Source: a virus (Duplodnaviria > Caudoviricetes). Taken from it: 45,934 nt of DNA. Numbering within the stretch: the stretch's first letter is position 1; each line of letters begins with the position of its first letter. The notes below the pieces were generated by a model that was not told the origin of the DNA, did no database searches, and saw nothing but the letters and a program-made list of their open reading frames with translations. Of this stretch, positions 42,677-45,934 are shown piece after piece. The stretch is from the IMG/VR virus record IMGVR_UViG_3300037313_000916, positions 1 through 45,934 of that record; one strand, given 5' to 3'. A program made the position numbers and the translations under genes.

Positions 42677-45191
42677 CCGGACCATCGCCTCGTATCGAGA
42701 GCGACGTTCTGCGGATCGCCGGGGAGCACGCGAGCGAGCTCGCAGACATTCTGAGGGCCACCCGCCAGGACCGAAGGGCTGACCTTGTGGACGAGTTCGC
42801 GGATGCGCTGCTCGAGGCCGCCGACGGTCGCCCATACGGCGACGACGACTGGGCGGCACTCCTCGATGATCTTGCTTCGCGCGAGACGGCCGCTTTTGGT
42901 CAGGAGGAGGAGTGATGGCCTGCAATATCTCCATGTCCTGCGTCATCGAGCAGGTCCACGGATTGCCGCAGGGAACGATCGCCAAGATCGGCGGCGAGGC
43001 TGCGGCAGAACTTGCGCTGGCGATCCGTAGGGACCCGAGCGATCCGCTCGTCGTGGCGATGGTGGACGCTCTTACGAGGGAGCAGAAGCCGTGAACTATC
43101 TCTTCGCCATCGTCGCCGGCGCGTTCACGCTCTTGGCCGTGTCGGTCGACCCGCTATGGGCTTCGCCCGCCGTCATCGCCGTGTGCGCGTCCGTGGACTC
43201 CTCGGTGCGGAAGGCGGGTGGCTGATGTCCCAGCAAACGAGCAGCTACCCGAAGGTTCCGCCGCGCGGGCCGGTGCCCGATGAGGCGCTGCCAGCGGTGC
43301 GGCTGATAAGCGACATGGTGTGGGGCGCTCGGTATGTGCCCGGCGAAGGGCCAGTGCATCACGCGGGCGGTTCGTACTGGCACGACCGGCTGCTGCACCT
43401 CGCCGACCAATGGGAGAAGCAGGCCGCTGCCGCCCGAGTCGTCGCTGCGCTGCTGCCCGCCGCCGATGCTCAGACCGGGGCGGCGAGGTCGTGAAGCACA
43501 CGGACGATGAGATCGAGGCTGGCCTCCGCTCTGTCAAGGACCGCTTCGTGGCAGGAACGCTGACGCTTGAGGAGGCGCGAGACGCAGACCGCTACTGGCG
43601 CGCGCAGAAGTGCGTCAACCGTGGCTACGTCAAGCCCGAGACGGCTGGCGTGATCGCCCCGATGCCCTTCAGTGAGATGGCAGCTTTGACCGGAAAGGGG
43701 TCGTCGTGAGGGTGCTGCCGTCGCGGGTTCGCAGGCGGCTCCCCCGCCGCTACCTGGTCTGGAGCTACATGCGCGCCTTCAAGCGCGAATACCGACGTCT
43801 GGAGAACGAACGATGAACACCCTGAACCGTCTCGGCGCTCGTCTCGGCAACTGGAACGATCGCGTCCACCCGTACGACATGCGCAGCGAGCAGAGCCGAC
43901 GCCACAGGACCATTGACCGCATCGCCTCATGGCTCTGTCTGCGATGAGCCGCGCCCCTGCTTTGAGCCGGGAGCGGTCGTGAGCGGGCAGCGGCAGGACT
44001 CGCTGCTCGAACAGCTCGCCGACGTCGCCGACGAGGCCGACCGCATTGGCTGCCGGGACGCCGCAGACTGGATTCGCCGACAGATCAAGCTCAAGCGCAT
44101 GATCACGCCGGAGATGCGCCAGCGCACGATCGACTTCCTGAGGGAGTACCGAGACTGATGAGTTCAGGCCAAAACGACGGCGCTGTCGCGACCAAGATCG
44201 GCACTGCGCCGATCTGGACATGGTACGAGCGAGATGGCGCCAACTGGTTCTCGGTGCTGTTCGTCGATGGCTGGAAGTTCGAGTACATCGGGCAGAACTC
44301 CTCGGTTGAGCTCTTCCCGGGATGCACGATCACCGGGCTATGCATGGCTTATCCGGCGCCAACGGACCTCGATCGGTGGCTCACGCAAGGCGGGGTCACG
44401 ATCGCAGAGCACACTCTTGAGGACCTCGTACACATCGCCGAGTTGGAGGCTAGGACAGATGCCTCGTGATCCAAGCGGTAGCGAGATGAACGGCTTGCGC
44501 GAGATCATCAGCGCATCGGCCGGCCAAATCCACTCGATCGAGATGCCGCCCGAGAATGCCACCCAGGAGGAGTACAACGCCTGGTGGGCTCGTACGCACT
44601 GCTGGCGCGTCGAGATCAGGGACGTGCAGAACTGATGCCGTCACACGAAAGCAAGGGTCGCGATGCCTGAGTTCGAGCACATCGACGACACCCGCCAGCG
44701 TCTTCTCGCACGCCTGAACTACATGCTGCGCAGCCGCCCGGTGATGGAGAGCGACGACATCCTCATGGAGCAGATCCTTGACGCGAACGCCTGGGCACTG
44801 TGGACCGACTTCAACCGCGACGTGATCGCCCAGTACATCGTCCGGCAAATCGAAGACGAGTTCGGCATCGACCTGATCGAGGCGATCAAGGCCGCACGAT
44901 GACCGGACGAGTGCGTCTCTCTACTTGCGGTAGCCCGTGAGCGGCCAATTCACAGAGGACGACATCGGTGCCCCTCAGCCGGTGATCGACAAGGACGACT
45001 GGCCGGAGATCGACTTCGACGGAGCGGTCTTTAGCTGGGTGCCGCATACCGGCGATTACATCGTCGTGACGGCCCATATGCCAGCAGCGCTGATCTCGCG
45101 GCAGGAACTAGAACGCCAAGCGTCAGCCACGGGCCGCAAATGGAAGTCCTGCCGCTTCAGGTTCTTCTTTTCGGCGAGCCAAAGTGGCTAG
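42673..45191 (+). other. run of small, translationally coupled hypothetical genes
   Basis: Chain of 55-105 aa ORFs, many with ATGA/GTGA overlaps (e.g. 42673-42915, 43491-43709, 43913-44158, 44158-44469, 44663-44902, 44937-45191); no recognisable motifs. Confidence 0.5.
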
Positions 45192-45513
45192 GCGCAACTG
45201 GTCGCAGATGCGCGCCAAAGTGGGCGAGGAGAACCGCTGTCGCGTCTGCGCGATACCAGACTCGGTGAAGCCTCTTGAGGCCGCGCACATCATCGCTCGC
45301 GCTCACGCCCGACCCGGGTTGGATTGGGCGGAGCATGAGCACAACTGCGTTCCGCTCTGCCGAAACTGCCATAGCGCCTACGATTTCCGTGAGCTGGATC
45401 TCCTGCCGTTCCTGTCACGGGAGGAGCAGGCGCATGCGGTGTTGTTGGCCGGCGGGATCATCACGGCACTCGAACGGCTTTCTGGGCGCTCGCTGCGAGA
45501 TTCCGGCGCATAG
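45184..45513 (+). CDS. HNH endonuclease
   Basis: CRVC...LEAAHII...NCVPLCRNCH.AYD. Confidence 0.85.
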   Translation: MARRNWSQMRAKVGEENRCRVCAIPDSVKPLEAAHIIARAHARPGLDWAEHEHNCVPLCRNCHSAYDFRELDLLPFLSREEQAHAVLLAGGIITALERLSGRSLRDSGA

Positions 45514-45543
45514 ATCGTCCGCGACCGCTGCCAGTTTCGTGGC

Positions 45544-45934
45544 ATGGGCGACGAACTGCTCCAGCGCGCCATACAAGTTCTCACTGCCCTGCGCACCCTC
45601 AGCGAGGTACCGGCGCATACCTATGACCGTGAACAGAGTTCGCATACCGCGGAGTCGACGGTCCTGGTGAAGTTCACGACAGCGGGGGATCTCGCGCCTG
45701 CTGAACCTTCGCTGTTTGAGTACCACCGCGGCCAGATCAACGCCTCGAACACGGCTGACGAACTTGAGCTGCGCATTCTGGTCGCGGAGGAGGCCCTACG
45801 GGGCGCTAGGAAGCGTTCTGGGGCGGTCACCCAACGGATGACCCCAGAAGACATGCGTGAGCACGTACGCGGCCTTTATGGGCTTGGGCTGTCGGCGGTG
45901 GAGATCGCGTATCGCGAGGATCTCCCGATCAAGT
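45544..45934 (+). CDS. putative late transcription regulator with C-terminal HTH (truncated by window end)
   Basis: Open frame MGDELLQRA...VRGLYGLGLSAVEIAYREDLPIK runs off the end; it is the last early gene before the late promoter on a circular map. Confidence 0.5.
   Translation, partial: MGDELLQRAIQVLTALRTLSEVPAHTYDREQSSHTAESTVLVKFTTAGDLAPAEPSLFEYHRGQINASNTADELELRILVAEEALRGARKRSGAVTQRMTPEDMREHVRGLYGLGLSAVEIAYREDLPIK

Overview
The window is an almost complete, non-integrated genome of a GC-rich temperate tailed phage. The host is probably actinobacterial, possibly Thermoleophilia/Solirubrobacterales; this is inferred from an actinobacterial-IHF-like gene, leaderless TAnnnT promoters and a tRNA-Arg-like att core. 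Gene order on the + strand: late promoter and structured RNA; terS; structured spacer; HNH; terL; five paralogous virion-appendage genes; portal; glycosyltransferase; scaffold; major capsid; adaptor and nozzle; ejection proteins; SLT/peptidase; lysis genes; nucleotide and nuclease genes; terminator. A cI/cro switch follows, then an early arm with a putative SSAP, Rep with iterons, the IHF-like gene, xis-int-attP, an MT-A70 methylase, SLOG, an orphan Phd antitoxin, HNH and a truncated HTH regulator. No tape measure, tail tube or sheath gene is recognisable, so the virion is probably a podovirus. The most interesting signals are: (1) an array between terL and portal in which four genes share one ~75-aa N-terminal module fused to different payloads, preceded by a stand-alone copy-like gene; (2) a promoter-driven RNA with three hairpins whose loops expose anti-Shine-Dalgarno CCUCCUCCC; (3) a circularly permuted M15-type peptidase; (4) a phage-encoded aIHF homologue beside xis-int-attP; (5) a glycosyltransferase inside the head module. 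All calls come from reading motifs by eye; no database searches were run.
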